Source of the DNA: Alphaproteobacteria bacterium | GTDB taxonomy: Bacteria > Pseudomonadota > Alphaproteobacteria > JAVJVX01 | Reading direction: 5' to 3' | Assembly: GCA_040220875.1 (NCBI GenBank) | Contig: JAVJVX010000006.1 | Span: 396,174-460,173, forward strand | Length of the DNA stretch: 64,000 bases | Made by a program: the position numbers and the translations under genes | Notes under the pieces: model-generated | Seen by the model: only the letters and a program-made list of their open reading frames with translations | Told to the model about the DNA's origin: nothing | Databases searched by the model: none | In this document: positions 54,779-64,000 of the stretch, in pieces | Position numbering within the stretch: position 1 is the first letter of the stretch | Layout of the letters: each line of letters starts with the position of its first letter

Positions 54779-54998
54779 CTCTGTTTCAACGACCGGGGTC
54801 TCGTGGACCAGGGTGAACGGTTCGAATTCCGGCCGCCTGTCCCCGGGCGGCGACGGCCGGACCCGGATCCTGACGGCGGTCTCTCGGCGCTAGGATACCC
54901 GCTTGTCGCCGCCTTATGAAGAAGGCTTTCGCGCCGGTGCCGCGAACTCCCGTTTCTTGCGGAAACTCCGGGATTTGTGGAATGTGCCGGGGGCGCGC

Positions 54999-55427
54999 CT
55001 AGCGCTTGCGGCGCGGCTGCGTGCCGAGGCCGATTTCTTTCGCCAGTTTGCTGCGCTGCCGGGCGTAGTTCGGCGCGACCATGGGGTAATCGGCCGGCAG
55101 GCCCCATTTTTCACGATATTCCTCGGGGCTCATGCCATAGGCGGTCTTGAGGTGGCGCTTCAGCATCTTGAGCTTCTTGCCATCCTCGAGGCAGATCAGG
55201 TAGTCGGGCGTGATCGAGCGCCGCACCGGCACCGCGGGCTGCTGCTTCTGGGCTTCCAGCCGCACCGCCCCCTCGCCGACATTGGACAGGGTACGAAAAA
55301 CCTGCTGAATCAGGGCCGGCAGATCACCCACCGCCACCGTGTTGTTCGAAACATGGGCAGCCACGATGTCGCTGGTCAGGGACAAAAGATCGTTCTTGTT
55401 GCTGGTATCGGCCATCTTCGCTTTCAT
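54999..55427 (-). CDS. mucR: MucR/Ros family zinc-finger transcriptional regulator
   Basis: ITPDYLICLEDGKKLKMLKRHLKTAYGMSPEEYREKWGLPADYPMVAPNY is the Ros/MucR C2H2-like zinc-finger signature. The start could be the ATG 12 nt downstream. Confidence 0.9.
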   Translation of the reverse strand: MKAKMADTSNKNDLLSLTSDIVAAHVSNNTVAVGDLPALIQQVFRTLSNVGEGAVRLEAQKQQPAVPVRRSITPDYLICLEDGKKLKMLKRHLKTAYGMSPEEYREKWGLPADYPMVAPNYARQRSKLAKEIGLGTQPRRKR

Positions 55428-55653
55428 GTCCGCGGCGGGCCGGGCCCTGCCACAAGTCTTCGCGGGTAAATTGATTTCGTGCGGTGCCGCTTGGGCGCTT
55501 CTATATATAGTATTTACTCCGATTTTCGCAATATTACTGGCCGCCCCAAAAAAATATTTCCGGATTTTCTTATTTTGTTCAGTAAAAGGACCTTGACAGT
55601 CCGGGGCCGAACCGTCTTGCGCAGGGGGCCGGGCGCGGCCCTATAGTGATGAT

Positions 55654-55902
55654 ATGGCAGACCATTTTCTCGACATCACGGGCGAGACCTGCCCGCTCAC
55701 TTTCGTCAAGACCAAGCTGGCGCTGGAGCGCGCGCGTCCGGGCGATCGCCTGGAGATACGCCTGAAAGGCGCGGAACCGCTGGAAAATGTCCCTCGCTCC
55801 GTGACCGAACACGGGCACGAGGTCCTGTCCCTCACGGTCGAGTCGGAGGGCGGGTCGGGCGGTCCCGACGATGTCTGGCGCCTCGTCATCGCACGCCGCT
55901 AG
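55654..55902 (+). CDS. TusA-like (SirA/YedF/YeeD) sulfurtransferase
   Basis: LDITGETCPLTFVKTKLALE contains the CPxP active-site motif. Length is 82 aa. Confidence 0.75.
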   Translation: MADHFLDITGETCPLTFVKTKLALERARPGDRLEIRLKGAEPLENVPRSVTEHGHEVLSLTVESEGGSGGPDDVWRLVIARR

Positions 55903-55928
55903 GCCGGTACGCGCCCGGCCGGCCCCAG

Positions 55929-56399
55929 TCAGTCGAGAGACTTCGCAAGTAATAACGCATCCTCACGACTTGCCGCTTCGCGCGGGCGATCGGACACGGC
56001 GTAATAGCCGGGCCGGCGCCCCACCTGACGGAATCCTGCGCGCCGATAGAGGTTTCTGGCGGCGATGTTGTGTTCGTTCACTTCCAGCACGATCCGGCTG
56101 ATGCCGGCGCCGGGCATGGCGGCGCAGAACGCCTCCATCATGAACGTGCCGAGCCCTCGACCGCGGCATTCGGGAAGAATGGCGAGGCTTATGATATCCG
56201 CTTCGCCGCCGACGCAGCGCGCGAGGATGAACCCCGCCGGCCTCCCGCCGTCGCGCAGGAGAAATCCCGTCCCGCCCCGGAGAGCGAGCACTTCCATGAT
56301 GGTCGCGGCGGTCCAGGGTTCAGCGAAACTTGCCCGATGCAACTTTGCAATCACCTTGGCAAAGGTCCCGGTCACGGGCTCGAGACGGCGGCCCCGCAT
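55929..56399 (-). CDS. rimI: Ribosomal-protein-alanine N-acetyltransferase (GNAT)
   Basis: GNAT motif A (ECRGRGLGTFMME) and the ...RNLYRRAGF region. It is adjacent to tsaB, as in many genomes. Confidence 0.8.
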   Translation of the reverse strand: MRGRRLEPVTGTFAKVIAKLHRASFAEPWTAATIMEVLALRGGTGFLLRDGGRPAGFILARCVGGEADIISLAILPECRGRGLGTFMMEAFCAAMPGAGISRIVLEVNEHNIAARNLYRRAGFRQVGRRPGYYAVSDRPREAASREDALLLAKSLD

Positions 56400-56400
56400 G

Positions 56401-57078
56401 CTAGATCACTCTGCCGCCGTTCAACGGGGTCTTGGCATAGGGCGGGTGCAGGTAGACCGGGCCCGGCGCACGGTCCGGCGCCGGCGCGCGCGCGCCGAGC
56501 CGGGCCAGGGCCGCGGCATCGGGATAGGGCCCGCAGCGCGCCGGATCGGGCAGAGAGGCCCGCGCGGCCAACCCGGCCGGCAGCGCGGCCTTCAGTTTTT
56601 CGGCGCCGTTTCCGGCCAGCAGCATGGGCCCCGGCGGCAGCACATCGGCCGCCTCGTCCGCAAGCCGCGAGACGGTCTCGCGCCCGGGATCGCACGCCAG
56701 ATAGAGATCGCGCCGCCCGCCATCGATCGCCACAACCACGTTCTGGCCACCCGCCTTCGCGATCGGCTGCGCCATCTCGAAAAAAACCGCTGTCGTCTCG
56801 ATGCCGACCACGGCGAGATCGTCCGGCAGGGCCAGCCCCTGGGCGGCGGCGAGACCGATGCGAACGCCGGTAAAGGAGCCTGGCCCCGTCGTCACCACGA
56901 TGCGCTCGAGCGCACCGACCGCCAACCCCGCTTCCGCCATCAGTTCGGCCACGAGCGGCACGATCGCCTCCGCCTGGCCTCGGCCCATCGCCACGTGACG
57001 CGTGTGGGTGACCTGCCCGCCATCCAGCAGGGCGACGGAACAGGCTCCGAGAGACGTATCGAGGGCGAGGAGACGCAC
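56401..57078 (-). CDS. tsaB: tRNA threonylcarbamoyladenosine biosynthesis protein TsaB
   Basis: Starts at VRLLALDTSLGACSVALL (a GTG 10 nt after a GGAG), followed by VVTTGPGSFTGVRIGLAAAQGLAL. The long ORF-track N-terminal extension was rejected. Confidence 0.85.
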   Translation of the reverse strand: MRLLALDTSLGACSVALLDGGQVTHTRHVAMGRGQAEAIVPLVAELMAEAGLAVGALERIVVTTGPGSFTGVRIGLAAAQGLALPDDLAVVGIETTAVFFEMAQPIAKAGGQNVVVAIDGGRRDLYLACDPGRETVSRLADEAADVLPPGPMLLAGNGAEKLKAALPAGLAARASLPDPARCGPYPDAAALARLGARAPAPDRAPGPVYLHPPYAKTPLNGGRVI

Positions 57079-57235
57079 GGAACAGGCACTCCGAAAATCG
57101 GATTCAGGAGCCCGGCACGGGACCGGGGCACGGAACTGGGGCACGGGACCGGGGCACGAACCCGTTTCTAGAATACCCCGTGGCAGCCTGCTATAGGGGA
57201 GCGAAGAAGGGGTCACACGGAAGGGGCCACACAGA

Positions 57236-57817
57236 TTGGGCGACCGGCACCGGGAACTTGTGGAGATCGAGGCGACCGCCCCCGGCATTCGCCTCAGCCT
57301 TGCCTATGCCACGGCCGGCAATTTCACCGGCCGGCCGGTCTATGCCCGGCCCCGCTGCTATCTTCATTCCCGGGCGGCGGACTGCCTTTTCCATGCCCGT
57401 GATCTCGCCGCCGCCGAGGAGCTGGAGCTCCTGATCTTCGATGCGTTTCGCCCGACCGAGGCGCAGGAGCGTCTGTGGGCCCACACGCCCGATCCCGAAT
57501 TCCTGGCCCCGCCCGAGCGCGGCTCCCCGCATTCGCGCGGGGTGGCGGTGGACCTCACCCTGGTGGACCAGGCCGGGCGGCCGCTCGATATGGGGACGGA
57601 TTTTGACGCTTTCACGCCGCTTTCCCATCATGGGGCGGCGGGCATATCGGCCGAGGTCGCGCGAAACCGCTACCTGCTTCTGGGACTGATGACCACGGCG
57701 GGCTGGGATTTCTTCCGAAATGAATGGTGGCACTATCAATTGTTCAACGCGCGCGACTATCCGCTGCTTTCCGATCGCGACCTGCCCGCCCCCATGATGG
57801 CGCCGGCGGCAAGCTAA
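57236..57817 (+). CDS. ddpX: D-alanyl-D-alanine dipeptidase (VanX/DdpX, peptidase M15D)
   Basis: LAYATAGNFTGRPVY, and LLIFDAFRP...SPHSRGVAVDLTLVD (Zn ligands His/Asp/His). Confidence 0.8.
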   Translation: MGDRHRELVEIEATAPGIRLSLAYATAGNFTGRPVYARPRCYLHSRAADCLFHARDLAAAEELELLIFDAFRPTEAQERLWAHTPDPEFLAPPERGSPHSRGVAVDLTLVDQAGRPLDMGTDFDAFTPLSHHGAAGISAEVARNRYLLLGLMTTAGWDFFRNEWWHYQLFNARDYPLLSDRDLPAPMMAPAAS

Positions 57818-57875
57818 GGTTCCTTGCTTTTTCCGCGCCGCCGGGCCTAAGCTCCGCCATTCTTGGGGGTCGCCT

Positions 57876-58976
57876 TTGCTCGCATCTTTCCTGACACGGG
57901 CCGGCGTTCCGGTATGCCTGGCGCTGGGCCTTCTTCTGACATCGCCCGCCGCGCAACCCGGCCGCGCCGCCATCGCGGCCGAGGCCGACGCGCGCCACGC
58001 GGTGATCCTGATGTATCACAGGTTCGGGGAAAGCGAATTCCCCACGACCAATACCACGCTGGAACAGTTCGAGGCCCATCTGGCGGAGCTGCGCCAGGGC
58101 AAGTACAACGTCCTTCCCCTGCCCCGGATTGTCGAGCATCTGAAATCGGGGATGCCACTGCCGGATCGCGCCATTGCGATCACCGTCGACGATGCGTTCA
58201 TCTCGGTCTACCGCGAAGCCTGGCCCCGGCTGAAAGCGGAGGGCCTGCCCCTTACCCTGTTCGTCGCGACGGACGCCATCGATTCCGGGCTTCCCGGCTA
58301 TATGAGCTGGGACCAGTTGCGCGAGCTGGCCGCCGCAGGCGTGACCATCGGTTCGCAAACGGCCTCCCACCCGCACATGACGACGCTTTCGGCCGAGGCG
58401 ATCCGGCGCGAGCTTCAGGCCTCCAATCAGCGCTTTCGCGAGGAGCTCGGCCAGGAGCCACGGCTTTTCGCCTACCCTTACGGCGAGTTCGACAGGTTGA
58501 GCCGGCGCGTGGTCGAGGAAGAAGGATTCATGGCCGCCTTCGGCCAGCATTCAGGGGTCGCCTATACCGGGCATGACCCCATGTGGCTGCCGCGCTTCAC
58601 CTTCAATGAACGATATGGCGATCTGGATCGCTTCATCATGGCGGCGAATGCCCTGCCCCTCAAACTCAGCGATCTCACGCCGGAAGATACCCAGCTTTCC
58701 CGAAGCAACAATCCGCCCGCCTTCGGCTTCACCGTGGCCCCGGAGATGGGCGCTCTCGGCCCGTTGGCCTGCTACGCCTCAGGCCAGGGTCAGGCCGCGC
58801 TCGAGGTTCTTGGCGATCGGCGGATCGAAGTGCGCGTGGCGGCACCGTTCCCGGCCGGGCGGGCGCGAATCAATTGCACCCTGCCGGGACCGGATCGACG
58901 CTGGCGCTGGTTCGGCATCCAGTTTTACGTCCCGGCCGAAGCCGGCGCGCCCGGCCCGGCGGAGGACGCGGACTAG
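57876..58976 (+). CDS. Polysaccharide deacetylase (NodB/CE4) family protein, secreted
   Basis: Signal peptide, then NodB motifs (ITVDDAF, ...SQTASHPHM...). Confidence 0.8.
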   Translation: MLASFLTRAGVPVCLALGLLLTSPAAQPGRAAIAAEADARHAVILMYHRFGESEFPTTNTTLEQFEAHLAELRQGKYNVLPLPRIVEHLKSGMPLPDRAIAITVDDAFISVYREAWPRLKAEGLPLTLFVATDAIDSGLPGYMSWDQLRELAAAGVTIGSQTASHPHMTTLSAEAIRRELQASNQRFREELGQEPRLFAYPYGEFDRLSRRVVEEEGFMAAFGQHSGVAYTGHDPMWLPRFTFNERYGDLDRFIMAANALPLKLSDLTPEDTQLSRSNNPPAFGFTVAPEMGALGPLACYASGQGQAALEVLGDRRIEVRVAAPFPAGRARINCTLPGPDRRWRWFGIQFYVPAEAGAPGPAEDAD

Positions 58977-59000
58977 CCGGGACGAAACACCGGCTCAGGC

Positions 59001-60041
59001 TCAGGCCGAGGGTGAATCGAAAGCCGCCTGGTCGAGCTGGCGCAGCCGGTTTACGCGGATGATCGTCTTGATGGAGGCGACGTAGTCTTCGCCCCGCTCC
59101 GAATAGCTCTTGAGATCCTCCACCAGGGCCACGCTGTCGAGCCGGCCGGACTCCGCACGCTGCTCGGCGCGGGTCAGGCGAAACTGCCGGTAGGCGCGAT
59201 GGGTGTTGAGGTTGTGAAGGTATGCAGCGACGGCGTCGTGCAGCTCGTCGAAGACCCGCACCTTGTGGCTGGCCTCCGCCTCACGCCGGCGCGGCACAAG
59301 ACCCTCGCCCTCCGCGGTTGTCCACTGTCCGAAAAGCGCGTTGCCTTCCTGCGCAAAGCGCGATGTGCCCCAGCCGCTTTCTTCCGCCGCCTGCGCCAGC
59401 GCCAGGGACGCCGGCACCGTGTCCACGCGCCGCATCAGCACATTCATGTCGTCGTCCTTGACGCGGTATTGCCAGAAAATTTTGTCCAGCCACGCGCGAT
59501 CGTCGCCCGACAGGGCGGTGCCCGCCTCGAGTTGCTTGCGCAGTGCGGTCAGTCGCGCACGGGTCGCGCGGATATCCTCGTTCGCGCGCAGGATCAGTGG
59601 CAGCATCGTCTTGATGAAGACGATTTTACGGTCCTGCACCGAGTTCAGCTTGTGAAGGTCACCGGGCAGGCTGACAACATACAGACGCGGCACGGCCCGC
59701 TCGCCCCGGCGCACCTCATCAAGGCTGTAGCCCTGCGAGGTGAATACGGAAAACAGCTTTTTCGAGCTGTTGACCATCTCGATCCCGTCCTGCTTCTGAA
59801 CCCTAATCACACGATCGGGATTGGGCGCGTACCGGGCCACCTGTGCCGTCGTATCGCCCTGTGAACCGGTGCTGGCGAGCAAGTAAAGGCCAAGCACGGC
59901 TGCGGCCAGCACGCCCAGCGCAACGCCGTTGAAATACGAGCGCCGTCTCGCGCGTTCGCTGTAAGGGGTGGCACCCTGCCTGGTCACACCGTTGTCCTTT
60001 TTTGTCATGGAGCTCGTGGGATGTGCCGACCCGGGAGACAC
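59001..60041 (-). CDS. Glucosaminidase-domain protein (FlgJ-C/Bax-like muramidase family)
   Basis: LALAQAAEESGWGTSRFAQEGNALFGQW is the glucosaminidase (PF01832) signature. An N-terminal TM segment is present. The start may be the internal ATG (MTKKD). Confidence 0.7.
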   Translation of the reverse strand: MSPGSAHPTSSMTKKDNGVTRQGATPYSERARRRSYFNGVALGVLAAAVLGLYLLASTGSQGDTTAQVARYAPNPDRVIRVQKQDGIEMVNSSKKLFSVFTSQGYSLDEVRRGERAVPRLYVVSLPGDLHKLNSVQDRKIVFIKTMLPLILRANEDIRATRARLTALRKQLEAGTALSGDDRAWLDKIFWQYRVKDDDMNVLMRRVDTVPASLALAQAAEESGWGTSRFAQEGNALFGQWTTAEGEGLVPRRREAEASHKVRVFDELHDAVAAYLHNLNTHRAYRQFRLTRAEQRAESGRLDSVALVEDLKSYSERGEDYVASIKTIIRVNRLRQLDQAAFDSPSA

Positions 60042-60081
60042 CGGTCCGAGACCGGGATCGCGGCGCGGGTGGCGGGTTGGT

Positions 60082-60639
60082 TTACAGTACCTGCCGGACT
60101 TCCGTTACCTCGGGCACGTAATGGCGCAGCATGTTTTCCACGCCTGCCTTCAGTGTCGCCGAAGAGCTGGGGCAGCCCTGACAGGCGCCCTGCATGTGCA
60201 GATACACAACACCTTCTTCGAAACGGTCGAATACGATATCGCCGCCGTCCTGCGCGACCACAGGCCGGACGCGGGTATCGAGGAGTTCCCTGATCTGGCG
60301 AACCACATCAGACTCTCCATCTCCATCATCGGGTCCGGTGCTGTCTTCGGCCGGCGCGGTCAGTACGGGCTGGCCGGATGTGTAGTGTTCGATGATCGCA
60401 CTCAGTACCAGCGGCTTGAGCGCATGCCATTCGAGATTGTCGTCGCGACTGACCGAGATGAAGTCCTGGCCGAGAAAAACCCGGCGCACGCCATCGACAT
60501 TGAAAAGCCGCTGGGCGAGGGGCGAGCGCCCGGCCTGCGCGGCATCTCCGAAATCGACCGAGCCCTGTCCCGTCACGGGCTGGCCCGGCAGGAATTTGAG
60601 CGTCTGGGGGTTTGGCGTCTCTTCCGTCTGGATGAACAC
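60082..60639 (-). CDS. NifU-like Fe-S cluster assembly protein (Nfu N-domain plus NifU C-domain)
   Basis: MFIQTEETPNPQTLKF (Nfu_N), and the C-terminal LHMQGACQGCPSSSATL (CxxC). Confidence 0.85.
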   Translation of the reverse strand: MFIQTEETPNPQTLKFLPGQPVTGQGSVDFGDAAQAGRSPLAQRLFNVDGVRRVFLGQDFISVSRDDNLEWHALKPLVLSAIIEHYTSGQPVLTAPAEDSTGPDDGDGESDVVRQIRELLDTRVRPVVAQDGGDIVFDRFEEGVVYLHMQGACQGCPSSSATLKAGVENMLRHYVPEVTEVRQVL

Positions 60640-60905
60640 CGCATAGCCTCCTTGAAAACCGGCCCCGGGGAAATGGGGGGATGTGGCCCGGGGTGGCGCC
60701 GTATTTTCAGCGCGCGTACAGGCTACCTAGGACTTCGAAGGGAAGTGATCAAGCCCCGACAGAGAAAATGATGCTAAAATTTTCGTAAAATTGTTCCGAT
60801 GCCGTCAGTGCCATTCACCCCGGGTTAACCGAATAAAATATTGATACTGAACGGTTTTCTGGCAGCACCCCGGTTCCGCGCCGGAAGCCCCTCACGGCAA
60901 CAGGG

Positions 60906-61433
60906 TTAAGAGATGGCATCCACCTCTTCGAGGCTGAGGGACCCCGGGACGATGGTCACCGGGATGCGCAGGCGACCCGCCGCCTTGCCGATGATATGGC
61001 TGACCAGGGGGCCGGGCCCTTTCGATTTGGGTGAGGCGGCAAGCACGAGGATCGAGATCGCCGGCTCTTCATCGATGAGAGAGAGAAGCTCCTCACGCAG
61101 TTGTCCTTCACGCACGTAGATGATGGGCATCGAGCCCGCCCAGTTATTCACCCGCGCCGATAACGAGTTCAGCAGATTCTCGGCCTTCTCGCGATTTTCC
61201 TTGGCGATGAGATCATCGACCGTCGCCCAATGTGAGAAGTCCGCCGGCTCGATCACATGCAGTAACGCGACCCGTCCGCCCGTATGCAGTGCCCGACGGC
61301 AGGCATATCGGAGCGCTACCGTCATCTCGTCGCTGGCATCGACCGCGACAAGAAACACGCGATCCTGCGACGCCTGGGCGGACACGATGTTTTCCTGGCT
61401 GTCGTCGCCTGACTTCGGAGCGTCACCCGGCAT
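60906..61433 (-). CDS. Universal stress protein (UspA family)
   Basis: VFLVAVDASDEMTVALRYA, VALLHVIEP, and a C-terminal ATP-binding glycine-rich motif (LVLAASPKSKGPGPLVSHIIGKAAGRLRIPVTIV). Confidence 0.85.
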   Translation of the reverse strand: MPGDAPKSGDDSQENIVSAQASQDRVFLVAVDASDEMTVALRYACRRALHTGGRVALLHVIEPADFSHWATVDDLIAKENREKAENLLNSLSARVNNWAGSMPIIYVREGQLREELLSLIDEEPAISILVLAASPKSKGPGPLVSHIIGKAAGRLRIPVTIVPGSLSLEEVDAIS

Positions 61434-61435
61434 TT

Positions 61436-62230
61436 CTAGACCCTCCTGAACGCCCAGCTACCCAGCCATCCTGCCAGAGCGGCGCAAAACACCGCAAGCA
61501 GGCCGTAGAGGGCCGGATGTTGATGAGCGAGCCTGTAAAGCCACGCCTCAAGGCCGATTTTTGCGACCGTGAGGGGCGTGGTCTGCGCGGTCACGATCTC
61601 GCCGTCGCGTACCAGATAGGTTTCCACCACATAATTTCCTGTCGGCACGTCCGCGGGAAAGTAGATGTTGGTCCGAAACAGCCGCCCGCCGAGAAACGCC
61701 ACATCGCCGGTCCGGTCCACATAAAGGCCCTTGCGGGTCTTGAGAGCGATGAGTGCCGCGCGAAATTTGCCGGCATCCGTCGCCGGGCCCCGCGCCGGGT
61801 CAAGGGACAGATGGTCGAACCCCATTCGGTGGCGCGACCGCAGATCGGCCGACAGGATATGGTCGAGAGGGCGGGTCGTGGCGAAAAGATAAAAAGACGG
61901 CGCATTCGTGAATTCGACGCTTTCGGCGTTGACCCAGAGCCCGGCCATGCGCGCTTTCTGGTGGACATTGACCGGTGTCTCCGGGCCGCGCACCAGGACC
62001 ACCACATCACCCGCCTCCTCGACGGACCCGAACAGCACGACCTTGGTGCCGATGAACCCTGTCGAAATCCGGATCACATGATCGGTGATATCGGCGACCA
62101 GCGGCGTCGCCGCGCGGGCGAGCGGCGGGCTCGTTGCCGCAAGGCCATAAAGCGTTGCGGCCACAAGGGTGAGGGCGAGGGCGAGAAACCCGACCCGCCG
62201 GCGGCGTCCTTGATAGTCCGGTCCGACCAT
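61436..62230 (-). CDS. TIGR02186-like conserved alphaproteobacterial protein (N-terminal signal/TM plus C-terminal TM)
   Basis: N-terminal signal/anchor, beta-rich middle, C-terminal TM (LLAVFCAALAGWLGSWAF). It is tightly coupled to the downstream TauE gene (shared ATGA-style junction). Confidence 0.5.
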   Translation of the reverse strand: MVGPDYQGRRRRVGFLALALTLVAATLYGLAATSPPLARAATPLVADITDHVIRISTGFIGTKVVLFGSVEEAGDVVVLVRGPETPVNVHQKARMAGLWVNAESVEFTNAPSFYLFATTRPLDHILSADLRSRHRMGFDHLSLDPARGPATDAGKFRAALIALKTRKGLYVDRTGDVAFLGGRLFRTNIYFPADVPTGNYVVETYLVRDGEIVTAQTTPLTVAKIGLEAWLYRLAHQHPALYGLLAVFCAALAGWLGSWAFRRV

Positions 62231-63141
62231 CAGCCGCGTACCTCCATAACCGTGAAGAGCGACGCCGGGCTCGAGACCAGCGTGTACAGCAGGGTCACGC
62301 CCACCATCAGCACCAGGATGCCAAGGAGCGCGCGCAGCTCCTCGCTTTTCAGCCGGAGCCCCGCCCGGGCGCCGAACTGGGCGCCGATCACCGCCCCCAC
62401 CATCAACAGCAGTGCCAGAATGAGATCCACCGTCTGGTGGTTATAGGCCTGCAGGAAGGTCACCATCGCGGTGACGAAAATCACCTGGAAAAGGGATGTG
62501 CCGGCAACCATGGCCGTAGGCATGCCGAGCAGATAGATCATCGCCGGCACCATGAAGAAGCCGCCGCCCACGCCCATGATCGCGGCCAGTATGCCGACGA
62601 GGAAACCCAGCCCGACAGGCAGGAGCGCGCTGATATAGAGGCGCGACTTGCGAAACCGTATCTTCAATGGCAGGCGGTGAAAAATCGTCTTGGGATTGAG
62701 CCGGCTTCGGCTGGCCCCAGGCTTGCGCAGCGTAAGGCGGACGCTTTCCACCACCATCAGGATGCCGATTACGCCAAGAAAGATCACGTAAGTAAGGCGG
62801 ATCACGAAATCGATCTGCCCCAGTTCGCGCAGGATGCCGAACAGCCAGATGCCGAAGGCGGCGCCCACGATGCCGCCGGCCAGCAGAATGCCGCCCATGA
62901 GAAAATCCACCCGCCCCCGTCGCCAGTGAGCGATCACGCCCGACATGGAGGACGCGACCACCTGGTTGGCCTCCGAGGCGACCGCGATGGCGGGGGGGAT
63001 GCCCACGAAAATCAGGAGAGGCGTCATGAGGAAGCCGCCGCCCACGCCGAAGACACCCGAGAGGAAACCGACCGCGCCGCCCATGCCGAGAAGCAGGAAC
63101 ACGTCGATGGAGACTTCGGCGATCGGCAGATAGATCTGCAT
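62230..63141 (-). CDS. Sulfite exporter TauE/SafE (DUF81) family membrane protein
   Basis: Duplicated 4-TM halves with the FGVGGGFLMTP and IMGVGGGFFMVP motifs. Confidence 0.9.
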   Translation of the reverse strand: MQIYLPIAEVSIDVFLLLGMGGAVGFLSGVFGVGGGFLMTPLLIFVGIPPAIAVASEANQVVASSMSGVIAHWRRGRVDFLMGGILLAGGIVGAAFGIWLFGILRELGQIDFVIRLTYVIFLGVIGILMVVESVRLTLRKPGASRSRLNPKTIFHRLPLKIRFRKSRLYISALLPVGLGFLVGILAAIMGVGGGFFMVPAMIYLLGMPTAMVAGTSLFQVIFVTAMVTFLQAYNHQTVDLILALLLMVGAVIGAQFGARAGLRLKSEELRALLGILVLMVGVTLLYTLVSSPASLFTVMEVRG

Positions 63142-63207
63142 GCCTTCTTCCGTTTTGCCGAACCCGCTCTCCCCGTCCGGATCTCCCGGAAGGGGCCGGA
63201 TTCGCTG

Positions 63208-64000
63208 TCAGGGTCGCAATAATCCGATCAGATCATGCACCTCGGCCAGATGTTTCTCGGCGATGGCGCGGGCGCGCGCACTTCCGGCGCGCAGAATTTC
63301 GTCGAGATGGGCCTGATCCGCCATCAGTTCGCGCATCCGCCGGGTGATGGGCGACAACCGGTCCACAGCGAGATCAGTGAGCACGCCCTTGAACTCGGAG
63401 AACTGCCTGCCGCCAAACTCCTGGCAGACCTGCGCCGGTGTCCGGTCCGAGAGGGACGCGAAGATGGATACGAGATTGAGCGCCTCGGGGCGGGTTTCGA
63501 GACCGCTGAGCTGTTCTGAGATCGGCTCGGGATCGGTGCGCGCCTTGCGGATTTTCTGGGCGATCGTATCGGCGTCGTCCGTAAGGTTGATTCGCGAATA
63601 ATCGGACGGGTCAGACTTGCTCATCTTTTTCGTCCCGTCGCGAAGGCTCATGACTCGTGTCGCCGCGCCGTAAATCAGCGGCTCGGGCAAAGGGAAGTAT
63701 TCCTGGCCGAACTGCATGTTGAAGGCGCCCGCAATATCACGCGACAACTCCAGATGCTGCTTCTGGTCGTGGCCGACGGGAACGTGGGTCGCCTTATAAA
63801 GCAGGATATCGGCGGCCATCAGTACCGGATAGGCAAACAGGCCCAGCGCGGCCGTCTCGCGCGCCTTGCCCGCCTTTTCCTTGAACTGGGTCATACGGTT
63901 GAGCCAGCCGAGCGGCGTCAGACATCCGAGCAGCCAGGCAAGCACGCTATGGCCGGCCACCGTGCTCTGGTTGAAAATGATGGCGCGGGTCGGATCGACC
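63208..64000 (-). CDS. trpS: Tryptophan--tRNA ligase; only the C-terminal portion lies in the window, with the N-terminus beyond the right edge
   Basis: KMSKS motif (KKMSKSDPS) and [33 protein letters not shown]. The ORF runs off the window edge. Confidence 0.9.
   Translation of the reverse strand, partial: VDPTRAIIFNQSTVAGHSVLAWLLGCLTPLGWLNRMTQFKEKAGKARETAALGLFAYPVLMAADILLYKATHVPVGHDQKQHLELSRDIAGAFNMQFGQEYFPLPEPLIYGAATRVMSLRDGTKKMSKSDPSDYSRINLTDDADTIAQKIRKARTDPEPISEQLSGLETRPEALNLVSIFASLSDRTPAQVCQEFGGRQFSEFKGVLTDLAVDRLSPITRRMRELMADQAHLDEILRAGSARARAIAEKHLAEVHDLIGLLRP

Noticed and set aside
54815-54845. tRNA-like T-loop motif GGTTCGAATTCC in the fur-mucR intergenic region
   Set aside because: The flanking sequence cannot form a T-stem or acceptor stem, and there is no cloverleaf context. 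It is probably a chance match.}
56401-57288. 295-aa form of tsaB with a 70-aa N-terminal extension
   Set aside because: The extension is Pro/Ser/Arg-rich and absent from TsaB family proteins. A GTG preceded by GGAG lies exactly where the conserved TsaB N-terminus (VRLLALDTS) begins.}

Overview
High-GC (about 65-67%) alphaproteobacterial chromosomal window containing the replication-origin neighbourhood and a large block of core housekeeping genes. Almost all are on the minus strand. The origin-region series is rpsT <- rhodanese <- dnaA <- dnaN <- recF <- gyrB. A second conserved series is trmB <- rimP <- nusA <- ylxR <- infB <- rbfA <- truB <- rpsO <- pnp. A third is miaB -> phoH -> ybeY -> corC -> lnt -> XRE regulator. 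Other core genes are mutM, ubiE, ubiB, coaBC, dut, cysK, trpS, tsaB, rimI and nifU-like. Non-core content includes a partial RegB/PrrB-like redox sensor kinase at the left edge, an ABC-2 exporter pair, and a small cobalamin-related group (cobD/cbiB, cobA, a histidine phosphatase, a PhnW-like class-V aminotransferase with a DUF2141 partner). It also includes SCO1/SenC, an MFS Bcr/CflA transporter, the ornithine-lipid pair olsB-olsA, Fur, MucR/Ros, a TusA-like protein, a peptidoglycan-related trio (D-Ala-D-Ala dipeptidase, CE4 deacetylase, glucosaminidase), a USP, and a TIGR02186-like/TauE pair. No mobile elements, CRISPR arrays, rRNA or tRNA genes were seen. The two most interesting loci are: (1) an Irr-like Fur-family regulator (HHH motif), followed by a perfect 17-bp ICE/Irr-box-like palindrome and a rubrerythrin / CCG-domain Fe-S protein / DUF3501 operon; (2) a Cys-less Rrf2 regulator, cysK, a MoeB/ThiF-like E1 and a DsrE-like protein, resembling a sulfur-relay-linked cysteine module with no visible ThiS/MoaD-like carrier. 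A roughly 760-bp low-coding, AT-richer region between the rhodanese gene and rpsT, upstream of dnaA, carries several short tandem iterons and a GANTC cluster and is the best oriC candidate. Several further 12-15-bp intergenic tandem arrays are scattered through the window. ORF-track start codons include GTG/TTG rendered as M. Coordinates of small motifs read by eye from the sequence lines may be off by 1-2 bp.
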